64,000 nt of DNA from an uncultured Spirochaetota bacterium (GCA_963781885.1 CAWAHW010000004.1:288001-352000), one strand, 5' to 3'. Counted from the stretch's first letter, positions 9,126 through 18,383 are shown. The notes: generated by a model from the letters alone, not told the origin. Numbers and translations are program-made.

Positions 9126-10676
9126 TCAGGCGGCGCCCTGGTCCTTCCGCGCCGCGGGTGTTCCGGCCACGAAAGGCTTTCCCTCCTGCTCGCAGAGCTC
9201 CTGGATGATGCGCCGGCCGTCCTGTGCCGCGGTCGGCAGACCCGCAGCGGGCCGGGTCCATTGCCCGATCATGGCGAAATGGGCAAGCGACGGGATGCGC
9301 CGTTCGATCTCCCGGCGCATCGTCGCCACCGTCGGTCTCCATCCCTCGTAGGAGCCCTTGTGATTGCCGGTAAAATGCACGGTGGTGAGCGGCGTGGCGA
9401 CGTCCGTGGCCTCGATGTCGGCGGCAATGCCGGGGAACATCGTCTCCAGCCACGCGGTGGTATCGGAGAGCACGCGGGCCTTGCGGGCCGCATAGGCGGT
9501 CTTGTCGGCCTGCAGCTTCTCCCAGCCTTCCCAGGGACTCTGGTAAAGCACGGTGAGCGCGGTCTTGCCCGCAGGCGCCATTGTGGGGTCGAAGGAGTAG
9601 TTGTTCAGCATCAGGAAAGGCGGCCGCTCGCCCCCGATTTCCACCGGGGCAGAGGGTCTGATGGTCCGCAGGCGTGGAAGCTCGGTGAGGGGAATGAGGC
9701 GACGCAGCCCGTAGGAGACCTGCACGAATGGCAGGTACAACGGAAGCGTGCTGTACGCCTCCCGGAGCCCCGCGGTCATGTACCGGCCCTTCAACATGCC
9801 AAACAGCGTGGTGCGGCCGTCAGCGGCGCTGATCACCTCGTCGGCTTCGTGGACCGCGCCGTCCGCGAGACGTATGCCCACCGCTCTCCCGTCGCGCACG
9901 ACGATCTCTTCCACTTTCGCGCCGAAATGAATCACCCCGCCAAGGTCCGTGTACCGCCTCCAGATCGCGCGGGCAAGACCGAGCGAGCCACCCTCCGGCC
10001 AACCTCCCGCCTTTTCGTTCTGAATCGACGCGATCATGAGAAGGTTCATGGCCGGCATTCCCTCGATGGGCAGCGCGAGCTCGAAAAATGCGCGCAGGTC
10101 GGGGTGCCGGTAGCCCGCCGCGTACTGCTCGATGGTCACGCCGTACCGGCGGAACATCGGAAGATACCTTCGGATTTTCCACATGCCGCGCATGCGGGCA
10201 AGGAAACCGCGGATGCCGGGCTCCTGCGCGGGCGCCTTTGCCGACCCCATGCGGCTGCCGAAACCTGTCCAGAGCCGCACGTCCGATGCAAGCACGTCCA
10301 GCCTTCTGGCGTCCCGCGCGGAAGGCGCGACCGCCTCCTTCAAATGCGCCACGAGCCGGTTGACGTCGCTGTACTGCGTGAGCCTCTTCCCGCTGGGGAG
10401 CACCATGTCGCAGAACACTTCATGGTTGTAGATCCGCCTGCCGTCCAGGGCCCCCAGCTCGTCCCACATGCGGCGGATCGGGCCCGCGGAACCCGTGCCC
10501 ACGAGGAAATGCAGGCATCCGTCGAAGGTGAAGCCCTTGCGCGTCCACCCCGTGCAGACGCCGCCGGGCGCCGTGTGCATCTCGAAGATCTCCGTCTCAT
10601 ACCCGTTCATGCGGCCGTAGCAGCCCGCGGAGAGCCCGGCGATCCCCCCGCCGATGATCACGATTTTCCTTGCCAT
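9126..10676 (-). CDS. Phytoene desaturase-family FAD-dependent oxidoreductase
   Basis: IIGGGIAGL FAD motif; PGG...W.RKGFTFDG; ATPLT...GSYEGW. Confidence 0.85.
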   Translation of the reverse strand: MARKIVIIGGGIAGLSAGCYGRMNGYETEIFEMHTAPGGVCTGWTRKGFTFDGCLHFLVGTGSAGPIRRMWDELGALDGRRIYNHEVFCDMVLPSGKRLTQYSDVNRLVAHLKEAVAPSARDARRLDVLASDVRLWTGFGSRMGSAKAPAQEPGIRGFLARMRGMWKIRRYLPMFRRYGVTIEQYAAGYRHPDLRAFFELALPIEGMPAMNLLMIASIQNEKAGGWPEGGSLGLARAIWRRYTDLGGVIHFGAKVEEIVVRDGRAVGIRLADGAVHEADEVISAADGRTTLFGMLKGRYMTAGLREAYSTLPLYLPFVQVSYGLRRLIPLTELPRLRTIRPSAPVEIGGERPPFLMLNNYSFDPTMAPAGKTALTVLYQSPWEGWEKLQADKTAYAARKARVLSDTTAWLETMFPGIAADIEATDVATPLTTVHFTGNHKGSYEGWRPTVATMRREIERRIPSLAHFAMIGQWTRPAAGLPTAAQDGRRIIQELCEQEGKPFVAGTPAARKDQGAA

Positions 10677-10691
10677 ATATGCTCCTTTGAT

Positions 10692-11276
10692 TTACGCGAA
10701 CAGCCTGTTCAGCATGCACTCGATGTAAAGGGCGCGGGCGTCATCGTCGGCATAGTCGAGCCCGCTTGCATCTTTCACGGTGTTCGCCACGAGGAAGGGG
10801 AATACCACGCAGGAGAGCGCCATGAGGGCCGCATCGCCCGGCTGCGTGGCTCCCGCGCCGCCTGCTTCCGCGATGACCTGTCCAACCTTGTCCAGCATCT
10901 CTTTCATGTAGCGGCCGTAGTAGGTGTCGCCGCTTTCCTTGAAAAAAAGGCTGAGAAAGGAGGTCCTCGTGAGGCCGGGAAATTTCATGAGGCCGTACGC
11001 GTAGCCGGTCAGGAAATCCCTGAGGCGCGCTTTCGGTTCCCGGCCCGGCGCGAACAGGTGCGTCAATCCCTTTGCAAATGCCTCCGCGGTCGCGGCTTCC
11101 CCGGCCTTGTCGATCAGCTCGTCCTTGCTGCGGAAGTGGTAGTTGATCGCCGCGATATTCACCCCCGCCGCCTCGGCGATCCTGCGCGTCGTGAGCTCCT
11201 CTCGCGTGACCGAGAATATGAGCTTGACGGCAGAATCCAGGATCTTTTTCCGGGTTGTGAGATCTTCTGGTGCCAT
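10692..11276 (-). CDS. TetR/AcrR-family regulator
   Basis: TTRRIAEAAGVNIAAINYHFRSKDEL HTH. Confidence 0.92.
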   Translation of the reverse strand: MAPEDLTTRKKILDSAVKLIFSVTREELTTRRIAEAAGVNIAAINYHFRSKDELIDKAGEAATAEAFAKGLTHLFAPGREPKARLRDFLTGYAYGLMKFPGLTRTSFLSLFFKESGDTYYGRYMKEMLDKVGQVIAEAGGAGATQPGDAALMALSCVVFPFLVANTVKDASGLDYADDDARALYIECMLNRLFA

Positions 11277-11295
11277 TTCGCCTCCAAAGGATTGC

Positions 11296-11349
11296 TTAAA
11301 TCAATGATTCAAACAGTGATTAATATACAGTTTAAAAATAACTTGTCAA
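11296..11349 (-). promoter_or_regulatory. Promoter and probable TetR autoregulatory operator
   Basis: Minus strand TTGACA(11349-11344)-N16-TATATT; palindrome AATCA-A-TGATT at 11299-11309 followed by the imperfect copy AAACAGTGATT. Confidence 0.6.
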
Positions 11350-11410
11350 GCGGAAATCAAAAAAAGGCGGCGGCGATGTTAATGAAGCCGGTAACGTCAA
11401 GCGGTGAGAG

Positions 11411-11770
11411 TCAGCGCGACTCGCTCGTGCCCCACCACCGTGATGCCCAGTCCGAGAGGGTTCGCACGGCGCTTTCCAGGTCCCTGCCCGCCTCCGTCAG
11501 CTCATACTCCACCCTGACCGGGGAGGTCGGCAGAACGTGGCGCACAACGAGCTTTTTTACCTCCAGCTCACGAAGCCTTTGCGACAGGAGCGGATCTGAG
11601 AGGCCGGGGATTGACGCGATGATGCTGCTGAATCTATGCGGACCATTGATGAGGACGCGCAGGATGACGCCCATCCAGCGTCGGCTCAGGAGGTCCATGA
11701 GCTCTGCATAAAGGGGGCAGAATGCGGTGATGGGACTGCCGGTTTCTATCTTAGCTACCATTTTGTTCAT
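11411..11770 (-). CDS. HxlR/DUF24 (MarR-like) winged-helix regulator with an N-terminal Cys
   Basis: FCP...LLSRRW...GPHRFS...LSQRLRELE...PVRVEYELT. Confidence 0.92.
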   Translation of the reverse strand: MNKMVAKIETGSPITAFCPLYAELMDLLSRRWMGVILRVLINGPHRFSSIIASIPGLSDPLLSQRLRELEVKKLVVRHVLPTSPVRVEYELTEAGRDLESAVRTLSDWASRWWGTSESR

Positions 11771-11820
11771 TTCTCCAATATAGTATAGATACTAATATTA
11801 GGCAATTACATATTATTTTA

Positions 11821-11845
11821 TAACTTACTTGTCTTTTGTAAGTTA
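11821..11845. promoter_or_regulatory. Probable HxlR-family operator
   Basis: TAACTTAC-N9-GTAAGTTA perfect inverted repeat in the AT-rich divergent intergenic region. Confidence 0.7.
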
Positions 11846-11917
11846 ATTGTCTATCTTCTGTTCTGTTGAAGCAGACAAGCGTGCCGGCTTCAAACACTGA
11901 CAAGAAGGAGACAGAAC

Positions 11918-12541
11918 ATGATAAAAGCTGCCATCATAATAGGGAGCACCAGGCCGGGACGCCACGCCGACGCAGTGGCGAAATGGGTGCTGGAACATGC
12001 GAAAAAGAGAACGGACGCGGAGTTCGAGATCGTCGACCTGAAGGACTACAACCTCCCGCTTCTGGACGAGCCAATGCCGCCCTCGATGGGTCAATACAGC
12101 AAGCCTCACACGAAGGCGTGGGCGGAGAAAATCGCCTCTTACGACGCATTCGTATTCGTGACGCCGGAGTACAATCATGCACCCTCGGCGGCGCTGAAGA
12201 ATGCCATCGATTTCATCTATGCCGAGTGGAACAACAAGGCGGCCGGCTTCGTGAGCTACGGGAGCGCCAACGGCGCGCGCGCCGTGGAGCATCTGCGCCT
12301 GATCATGGGTGAGCTGCAGATAGCCGACGTGCGCGCCCAGGTCCTGCTCTCCCTGATGACCGACTTTGAGAACTGGACCACTTTCAAGCCAAACCCGATG
12401 CACGAGACATCCTTGAATACGATGCTGGATCAGCTCGTCGCCTGGGGCACCGCGCTGAAGACGGTCCGCGCCCTCAATCCCGCCAAGCAGTTCCGTCCTG
12501 TGCAGGTGCAAAAGGAAGTAGCCAAGACCGCAGCTTCGTGA
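11918..12541 (+). CDS. NAD(P)H-dependent FMN reductase
   Basis: IIGSTRPGR, FVTPEYN...LKNAID, GFVSYG; AAGGAG RBS. Confidence 0.93.
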   Translation: MIKAAIIIGSTRPGRHADAVAKWVLEHAKKRTDAEFEIVDLKDYNLPLLDEPMPPSMGQYSKPHTKAWAEKIASYDAFVFVTPEYNHAPSAALKNAIDFIYAEWNNKAAGFVSYGSANGARAVEHLRLIMGELQIADVRAQVLLSLMTDFENWTTFKPNPMHETSLNTMLDQLVAWGTALKTVRALNPAKQFRPVQVQKEVAKTAAS

Positions 12542-12680
12542 TCACTCCGCGCGGCCGGAGACCCCTCCGGCCGTTGCTTTTCCCCTGTGGATGAGCCCGC
12601 CTCCACTGCTCCGCTTCCCGCAGAATTTCTTTTTGTCTTTCCAGGACGAATACCTGAATCTCCAGCCAGTTCCGAAACAT
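12474..12680 (-). CDS. Small hypothetical protein (68 aa), divergent from the WYL regulator
   Basis: AAAGGAG RBS then ATG at 12680: MFRNWLEIQVFVLERQKEILREAEQWRRAH...; helical ERQxELLREAE-type pattern. Confidence 0.6.
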   Translation of the reverse strand: MFRNWLEIQVFVLERQKEILREAEQWRRAHPQGKSNGRRGLRPRGVITKLRSWLLPFAPAQDGTAWRD

Positions 12681-12736
12681 ATCGGCTCCTTTCATTCATG
12701 GCCGCTTGATCATTCCGCTTCATCAACATAAGATAC

Positions 12737-12763
12737 TAATGAGGACGTAATCAGTCCTCATTA
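12737..12763. promoter_or_regulatory. Palindromic operator, probable site of the WYL regulator
   Basis: TAATGAGGAC-N7-GTCCTCATTA, perfect 10-bp arms. Confidence 0.75.
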
Positions 12764-12802
12764 AAAAAATCGAAAGATTTTTCGAAATGGGAGGATTGCG
12801 CG

Positions 12803-13792
12803 ATGTACCACCCGACAGGCCGGGTGCTGACGGTGCTGGAGCTGCTCCAGTCCCGACCGGGACTGACGGGCCCCGAGCTCGCTTCACGGCTGGAGACTGA
12901 CGTTCGCACGGTGCGGCGCTACGTGGCGAAGCTGAAGGACGTCGGCATCCCGGTGGAGGCGAGCGCGGGACGATACGGCGGCTACAGGCTGCGGCCGGGC
13001 TACAAGCTGCCGCCGCTCATCTTCAGCGAGCACGAGGCGGCGGCAATCGTCCTGGGCCTGCTGGGCAACACGTGGCTGGAGGTCGGACAGTCGCAGGCGG
13101 CCGTGGAGGGCGCGCTTTCCAAGATCACCCGGGTGCTGCCGCAGGCGGCGCGGGACCGGGTCCTCGCGATGTCTGCCGTCACGTTCCTCTCGCCGGCCCG
13201 GGAGGACCAACGCCCCGACGCATCGCTCCTCATGCTCCTGAGCGAGGCAATCCAGTCGCTCCAGTGCGTGCGCCTTGCCTACAAGTCCGAGCGCGATGAG
13301 ATCACGCACAGGACGGTGGAGCCCTACGGACTGGTGGGCCGCTCGGGCAAGTGGTACCTGGTCGGGTGGTGCCGGCTGCGCGTAGACTACAGGACGTTCC
13401 GTCTGGACCGCATCCTGGAGATCGCGCCCGCCCCGGAACGCTTCACGAAGAATGACGACTTCGACTTTCGCGCTTATGCAATCAGACAGCTCGACAACTA
13501 CCCCGTCAACTTCCATCTGCGGGTGACGTTCAAAGCGTCCATGGCAAAGGTGCGCGAGCGCGTTTCGCCGTCCCTGGGCACCTTCACCGAGACACCGCAC
13601 GGCGTGCTTTTCCACTGGCCAATCGATGACCTGGACTACGGAGCGCGCTACCTCGTGGCGCGGGGCATTCCCTTTATCGTGCAGGAGCCGGTGGAGTTCC
13701 GCGAGGTGCTCCGCCGGCTTTCCCGGGAGATCGCGCAGAGGGCGGAAGACGCGGAGAGAGATAATTCAGCTCCAGAGAGGCGCGGATCGTGA
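12803..13792 (+). CDS. YafY-family HTH-WYL transcriptional regulator
   Basis: ELASRLETDVRTVRRY HTH; GGYRL...LPPL; RTVEPYGLV...WYLVGWC...RTFRLDRI. Confidence 0.93.
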   Translation: MYHPTGRVLTVLELLQSRPGLTGPELASRLETDVRTVRRYVAKLKDVGIPVEASAGRYGGYRLRPGYKLPPLIFSEHEAAAIVLGLLGNTWLEVGQSQAAVEGALSKITRVLPQAARDRVLAMSAVTFLSPAREDQRPDASLLMLLSEAIQSLQCVRLAYKSERDEITHRTVEPYGLVGRSGKWYLVGWCRLRVDYRTFRLDRILEIAPAPERFTKNDDFDFRAYAIRQLDNYPVNFHLRVTFKASMAKVRERVSPSLGTFTETPHGVLFHWPIDDLDYGARYLVARGIPFIVQEPVEFREVLRRLSREIAQRAEDAERDNSAPERRGS

Positions 13793-13984
13793 CGAGGCTA
13801 TAGTCATAGGGAGCGCACGCGCGTTCGACGGTCCTCTCATGACCGACTGACCCCGCGGGGGGACAATCATCGAGCGCCCGCGTCCATTCCGCCGCCGCGA
13901 CGGCCCGATCGCCAATTTCCGACACCGCATCCAACCTCGGGTCACTCAGCGCGAAGCCGCGGAAAGGAGAAAGCACAAAGCGGC

Positions 13985-15685
13985 ATGTGGCGAGGAGACG
14001 AGGAGATATCCCAACTCTTTGACGAGTTGCACCGTTTGCGCGAGGAATTGCGCCGGTGGAAGCTCGACATGCGGTCCGGCATCGACCTGCGCGCCGTGGC
14101 GGAAAAGGCGAGCTGCCCGATCTGCGTGACGAATCTCGCCGGCCGGCTGCTGTACGCCAACCCCTTTTTCGCAGCCCGGCACGGCTGCGAGCGCGAGGAC
14201 TGCATCGGCCGCGCCCTTTCGAGCTTCCTGGCCGCAGACAGCCAGCAGGAGTGGAACCGGCTGCGCGCGCTCGTTGCCGAAGGACAGACGGTCGCCGCCG
14301 ACACGCTGGTTCACGCCGCACGCGGCGGCCGCGCGTTCGCCACCGCCTCGGTCCTGTACCCGCTGCCCGATTCCGTGGGAGCCCCTGCCTTCATCGTCCT
14401 GCTCTCAATGGAGATGCGCGAGCCCCCCCGCCGGGGCCGCCCCCGCCCTGCCGTGCAGGCGGACGCAAAGAATCGCCGCTTTTTCGAGGAGGCGCCTCTT
14501 CCATACGTCGTCTTGGACCGTCGCGGCCGCATTCGCGACATCAACCGCCAATGGCGGGAGTCGTTCGGCCACAGCCTCCGTGCGATACGCGGGGTGCCGT
14601 TCGCGAGGCTCCTGGATCAGGAAAGCCGCATCCGCTTCGAGCGCGATTTCCCGCTGCTAGGCCATTCGGATGCCCGGTCGGAATCCGCGTTTCACCTCTC
14701 GACGCCTTTCGGCCGGCCGGTCATGATAATCTTCCGCGCGCGCGCCCGGCAGGATGCCGCCGGCAATCCGCGGGAAATCCTGCTCCTCGCCTGGGACGTG
14801 ACCGCGCACGTGAGCGCCATGGAGCAATTCCGCCGCACGGACCTTCTCCTGCGCCAGGCCGAGATCCAGGGCGGGCTTGGATCCTGGGAGCTCGATCTCC
14901 AGACCGGCCTCCTGCTGTGGTCGGACGAGATGTATCGGCTCCTGGGGCGCGACAAATCCCTGGGCCCGCCCGGGCTCCACGACGCGCTTGGACTGTTCGG
15001 ATTCGACGAGAAGGATCTCGAGGAGATCGTCCGCCGGGCGCGGACAAGCGGGGAGAAGATCGAGCGCGAGTTTTCCCAGGCCGCCGCGGACGGAGAGCGA
15101 CGATGGTTTCACGGCATCATCAATGCAAGCCTGGATTCCGCCGGAAGACCATCCAGGCTCTTTGGCTCCCTCCAGGACATCACGGAGCGAAGGACGTTCG
15201 AAAAAAGACTCCGTGAAAGGGATGCCCGCATGCTGCGCCAGAACCAAGAGCTGGCGGAAAAGAACCTGAAGCTGACGGAGCTCCTGGCACGGCTTCAAGA
15301 GGCGGAGCAGGCGACAGACACGAGGGTGCGCGCGGTCATCAACTGGTCGTTGATTCCACTCCTCCACCAGCTGAAAAAGCATGCAAAGGGCGATCGGCAG
15401 GATTTCGATCTCTTGGAAGAAGCGCTGAAGACCTTCTCCTTCCAATCAGGACAGCAGCCCCATTCATCGCTTGCCATGCTCACACGCCGGGAGCTGGAAA
15501 TCTGCCACATGATCCGCAGTGGGCTGTCATCGAAAGAAATCGCTGCCCGGCTTTCAATCACGTCGCAGAGCGTGCAGACCCACAGGAACCATATCCGTCG
15601 TAAGCTCGGGTTGCTGAACAAGGGCCTCAATCTTGGGGGGTATTTGCAAACCTTTGAAAATGGCACCAAGGCACGCGATACATGA
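13985..15685 (+). CDS. Multi-PAS cytoplasmic sensor with a C-terminal LuxR HTH
   Basis: Three PAS-like segments (GRLLYANP, GRIRDINRQW, GSWE...WSDEMY...QDITE), a coiled coil, then LTRRELEIC...GLSSKEIA...VQTHRNHIRRKL. Confidence 0.85.
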   Translation: MWRGDEEISQLFDELHRLREELRRWKLDMRSGIDLRAVAEKASCPICVTNLAGRLLYANPFFAARHGCEREDCIGRALSSFLAADSQQEWNRLRALVAEGQTVAADTLVHAARGGRAFATASVLYPLPDSVGAPAFIVLLSMEMREPPRRGRPRPAVQADAKNRRFFEEAPLPYVVLDRRGRIRDINRQWRESFGHSLRAIRGVPFARLLDQESRIRFERDFPLLGHSDARSESAFHLSTPFGRPVMIIFRARARQDAAGNPREILLLAWDVTAHVSAMEQFRRTDLLLRQAEIQGGLGSWELDLQTGLLLWSDEMYRLLGRDKSLGPPGLHDALGLFGFDEKDLEEIVRRARTSGEKIEREFSQAAADGERRWFHGIINASLDSAGRPSRLFGSLQDITERRTFEKRLRERDARMLRQNQELAEKNLKLTELLARLQEAEQATDTRVRAVINWSLIPLLHQLKKHAKGDRQDFDLLEEALKTFSFQSGQQPHSSLAMLTRRELEICHMIRSGLSSKEIAARLSITSQSVQTHRNHIRRKLGLLNKGLNLGGYLQTFENGTKARDT

Positions 15686-15746
15686 AACATACCTGATTCA
15701 TTATCAAAAAACACATACAAAATATAAAATATCTAAAATAAATCCA

Positions 15747-15761
15747 TGATATTAATTATCA
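15747..15761. promoter_or_regulatory. Fur-box-like 7-1-7 inverted repeat
   Basis: TGATATT-A-ATTATCA, one mismatch to TGATAAT-N-ATTATCA, in an AT-rich intergenic region. Confidence 0.4.
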
Positions 15762-15824
15762 GCGATGACAACAGTTGAGCGCAATTCAACGTAAAGGCAA
15801 GCGGGTCATCAATGGAGTACCCAT

Positions 15825-16793
15825 ATGTCTGTGAAATTACGGGGAACGGAAAGTTTGGTCGGCAGGAAAAAACAGGTACGCGGGCGAATGCCGCCCTGCC
15901 CCTCTGCGAACGAATCGCCGGAATTCCTGGATGAGCTGGAAAGGATGTTCCAAGAAAGCAAGGGATTCGGCAATGCAAGCCTGAAGCTCGACGCCAGTAT
16001 TCCGCTCGCGCGCACGGACCTCGGCCAGTGCCCGCAGGATGAGGTGGACTCGCCGGCCGTCGACCTTACGATACGCAGATGGAGGGCCCTGGAGGCCCTG
16101 CGAATCCAGATGAGAAGGATCGAGGCGATTCGCAATCAAACACGGGGCACCGTCCATGAGTTCAACAACATCCTCACGACCATCATCTGCCACGTCGAGC
16201 TGCTTCTCTCCGACCCAGGCTTGCAAGGCCCGCTCGCAAAGGAAATCGACGCGGTGAGGGGTGAAGTCAGACGCGCCATCAGTCTCAGCGGGCAGCTCTC
16301 CGCCATGTGCCATATGCCCGCGGGGCAGCTTCGATTGCTCGATCTGAGCGTCTTCATCTGCGCAATGGGCGAGAAAATACGCGGCATTACGGGGAGCCCT
16401 CGCTCCCTATCACTCGCTACCGATCCTCTGGCGGGCATCGTCCTGGCCGATCCTGCTTCCCTGGAGCAGGTTGTCCTTGGGCTCGCCCGTCTCGTCTGCG
16501 AAGGGCTGCGGGGCAACGACAGATTGGACGTGGAGACGAGGCGCCAGGCCCGGCCGCCGCGGGCGTCCTCCGATACCGACATCGAGGAACGCGCGGTGCT
16601 CGTTCTTCGGCCGCTGCGGCAGGAAGCGAGCGCCGGAGAGACTCCCTCGGATGCGCGGGATGCCCTGCCAAGGCTGCAGGCCCTCGCGGATCCAATCGGC
16701 GCCCGCATCGACGTCGAATGCGTGCTTCCGCACGGCTGGGGCTGCCGTCTTTCGCTTCCGTCCTTCTCGACGCCCGCGACACAACGACGATGA
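15825..16793 (+). CDS. Degenerate histidine kinase-like protein (H-box intact, ATP-binding boxes lost)
   Basis: GTVHEFNNILTTI H-box; ADPASLEQVVLGLARLV where the N-box should be; no DxGxG or GxGLG; start uncertain. Confidence 0.7.
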   Translation: MSVKLRGTESLVGRKKQVRGRMPPCPSANESPEFLDELERMFQESKGFGNASLKLDASIPLARTDLGQCPQDEVDSPAVDLTIRRWRALEALRIQMRRIEAIRNQTRGTVHEFNNILTTIICHVELLLSDPGLQGPLAKEIDAVRGEVRRAISLSGQLSAMCHMPAGQLRLLDLSVFICAMGEKIRGITGSPRSLSLATDPLAGIVLADPASLEQVVLGLARLVCEGLRGNDRLDVETRRQARPPRASSDTDIEERAVLVLRPLRQEASAGETPSDARDALPRLQALADPIGARIDVECVLPHGWGCRLSLPSFSTPATQRR

Positions 16794-18184
16794 AAAGCCC
16801 GCCCCAGCCTGCCTTCGCGGTTGCGGTTGTCGACGACGACCGGAGCATCCTGGACGCCGTGACCGGGGTCTTGCACGCCGCGGGCATCACGAACACCGTC
16901 GTCGTTCAGGAGTCGTCGACCCTGCTGGAGGTCGTCGGACAAAGGGATATCGGCATGGTGCTCATGGACCTCGCGATGCCTGGCCTCTCGGGCGAGGAGC
17001 TGATACCCCTTCTCAAACAGGATCATCCGGGCATCCCGATCATCGTCATCACGGCAAACCACGAGGTGGACAAGGCCGTGGCGTGCATGAAGGCAGGGGT
17101 GGATGATTACCTCACGAAGCCCTTCGAGCCCGCGAAGCTCATCGCCACCGTCCGGCGTTTCGTGGAGATCCAGGAGCTTCGCCGCGAAAATGCCGCCCTG
17201 GGGCAGACATACCTCTCCGCGGACCTCCGCCATCCCGAGGCGTTCTCCGAGCTTGTCACGGCGGATGCAAAGATGCGACGTCTCTTCGGCTACGCCGAGA
17301 CCGTTGCCGCCACGCGGCACGTGGTCCTTATCACCGGTGAGACGGGCGTCGGCAAGGAGCTGATGGCACGCGCCATCCACGGGATCAGCGGCCGGGCCGG
17401 CGCGTACGTTACCGTGAACGTCGCCGGGCTGGATGAATCCATGTTTGCCGACACACTGTTCGGGCACCGCATGGGCGCCTTCACCGGCGCCTCGGCGCGC
17501 CTCTCCGGTCTCATTGAAAAGGCATCCGGGGGCACGCTGTTTCTCGACGAGATAGGGGACCTCGCGCTGGGGAGCCAGATCAAGCTTCTCCGGCTCCTGG
17601 AGAGCGGGGAGTACTATCCCCTGGGATCCGATATCGTGCACACCTCCAATGCGCGCATCATCGTTGCGACGAACGTGAACGTCGCAGAGGGCTTCCATGC
17701 GGAAAACTTCCGCAAGGACCTCTACTACAGGATCAAGACGCACCACATCAACATCCCGCCTCTTCGGGAACGCCCCCTGGACATTCCTTTGCTGCTCCGG
17801 CATTTCATCTCTGCATCCGCCCGGGAGCTGGGCAGAAAGCCTCCGGAGCCGTCTCCCCCGCTCATTCCCCTCCTTCTTTCCCATTCATTTCCCGGAAACG
17901 TCCGCGAGCTGAAGTCGATGGTCTTCGACGCCATGAGCCGGCATGTTTCGGGCGACCTGTCCGTCGAGCTCTTCGAGACGGGTCTCGCGCAACGGAGCAG
18001 GCAGCCGGGCGCCGACGGTCCAGACGGGCATGCTGGCCCGAAGCTGACGATCAAGGAGACCGTGGACCGGCTCGTCGAAGAAGCAATGAAAAGCTGCAAC
18101 GGCAACATGAAGGCCGCGGCCCGCATCCTCGGAATCACCCCGCAGGCGCTCGGGCAACGTCTGAAGCGAAGAACGCTGAGCTAG
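16790..18184 (+). CDS. NtrC-family sigma-54-dependent response regulator
   Basis: REC domain (VVDDD, LMDLAMP), GETGVGKE, GAFTGA, LFLDEIG, FPGNVREL, Fis-type HTH; ATGA overlap with the upstream gene. Confidence 0.95.
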   Translation: MKSPPQPAFAVAVVDDDRSILDAVTGVLHAAGITNTVVVQESSTLLEVVGQRDIGMVLMDLAMPGLSGEELIPLLKQDHPGIPIIVITANHEVDKAVACMKAGVDDYLTKPFEPAKLIATVRRFVEIQELRRENAALGQTYLSADLRHPEAFSELVTADAKMRRLFGYAETVAATRHVVLITGETGVGKELMARAIHGISGRAGAYVTVNVAGLDESMFADTLFGHRMGAFTGASARLSGLIEKASGGTLFLDEIGDLALGSQIKLLRLLESGEYYPLGSDIVHTSNARIIVATNVNVAEGFHAENFRKDLYYRIKTHHINIPPLRERPLDIPLLLRHFISASARELGRKPPEPSPPLIPLLLSHSFPGNVRELKSMVFDAMSRHVSGDLSVELFETGLAQRSRQPGADGPDGHAGPKLTIKETVDRLVEEAMKSCNGNMKAAARILGITPQALGQRLKRRTLS

Positions 18185-18367
18185 GGCAACTTTCCAACCA
18201 CGGCGAAAGATTTCTTTTCGTCACGCCAAGTGCCGACGAGACAAGCCTTTAGGCATGTTGGCGGCCGCTGAAAGCAAAGAAAACATTCCTTTCGAGCAAT
18301 CTCCCGGCGCTTGAAGCGCATTGCGTAACTCATTCCGCAGAAAAGAGTTGCATGATGTTGCAACCCG

Positions 18368-18383
18368 TGGCATGCGACTTGCA
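18368..18383 (+). promoter_or_regulatory. Sigma-54 (-24/-12) promoter upstream of cheW
   Basis: TGGCATGCGACTTGCA, i.e. GG-N10-GC, matching TGGCAC-N5-TTGCA. Confidence 0.8.

Noticed and set aside
9036-11711. 891-aa plus-strand ORF and many similar long ORFs (e.g. 40706-42781, 61967-63802, 19424-21091)
   Set aside because: Antisense or off-frame shadows of real genes, expected in high-GC DNA; biased composition and no recognisable motifs
18185-18300. Hairpins upstream of cheW considered as a riboswitch
   Set aside because: They lie upstream of the sigma-54 promoter and match no consensus I recognise
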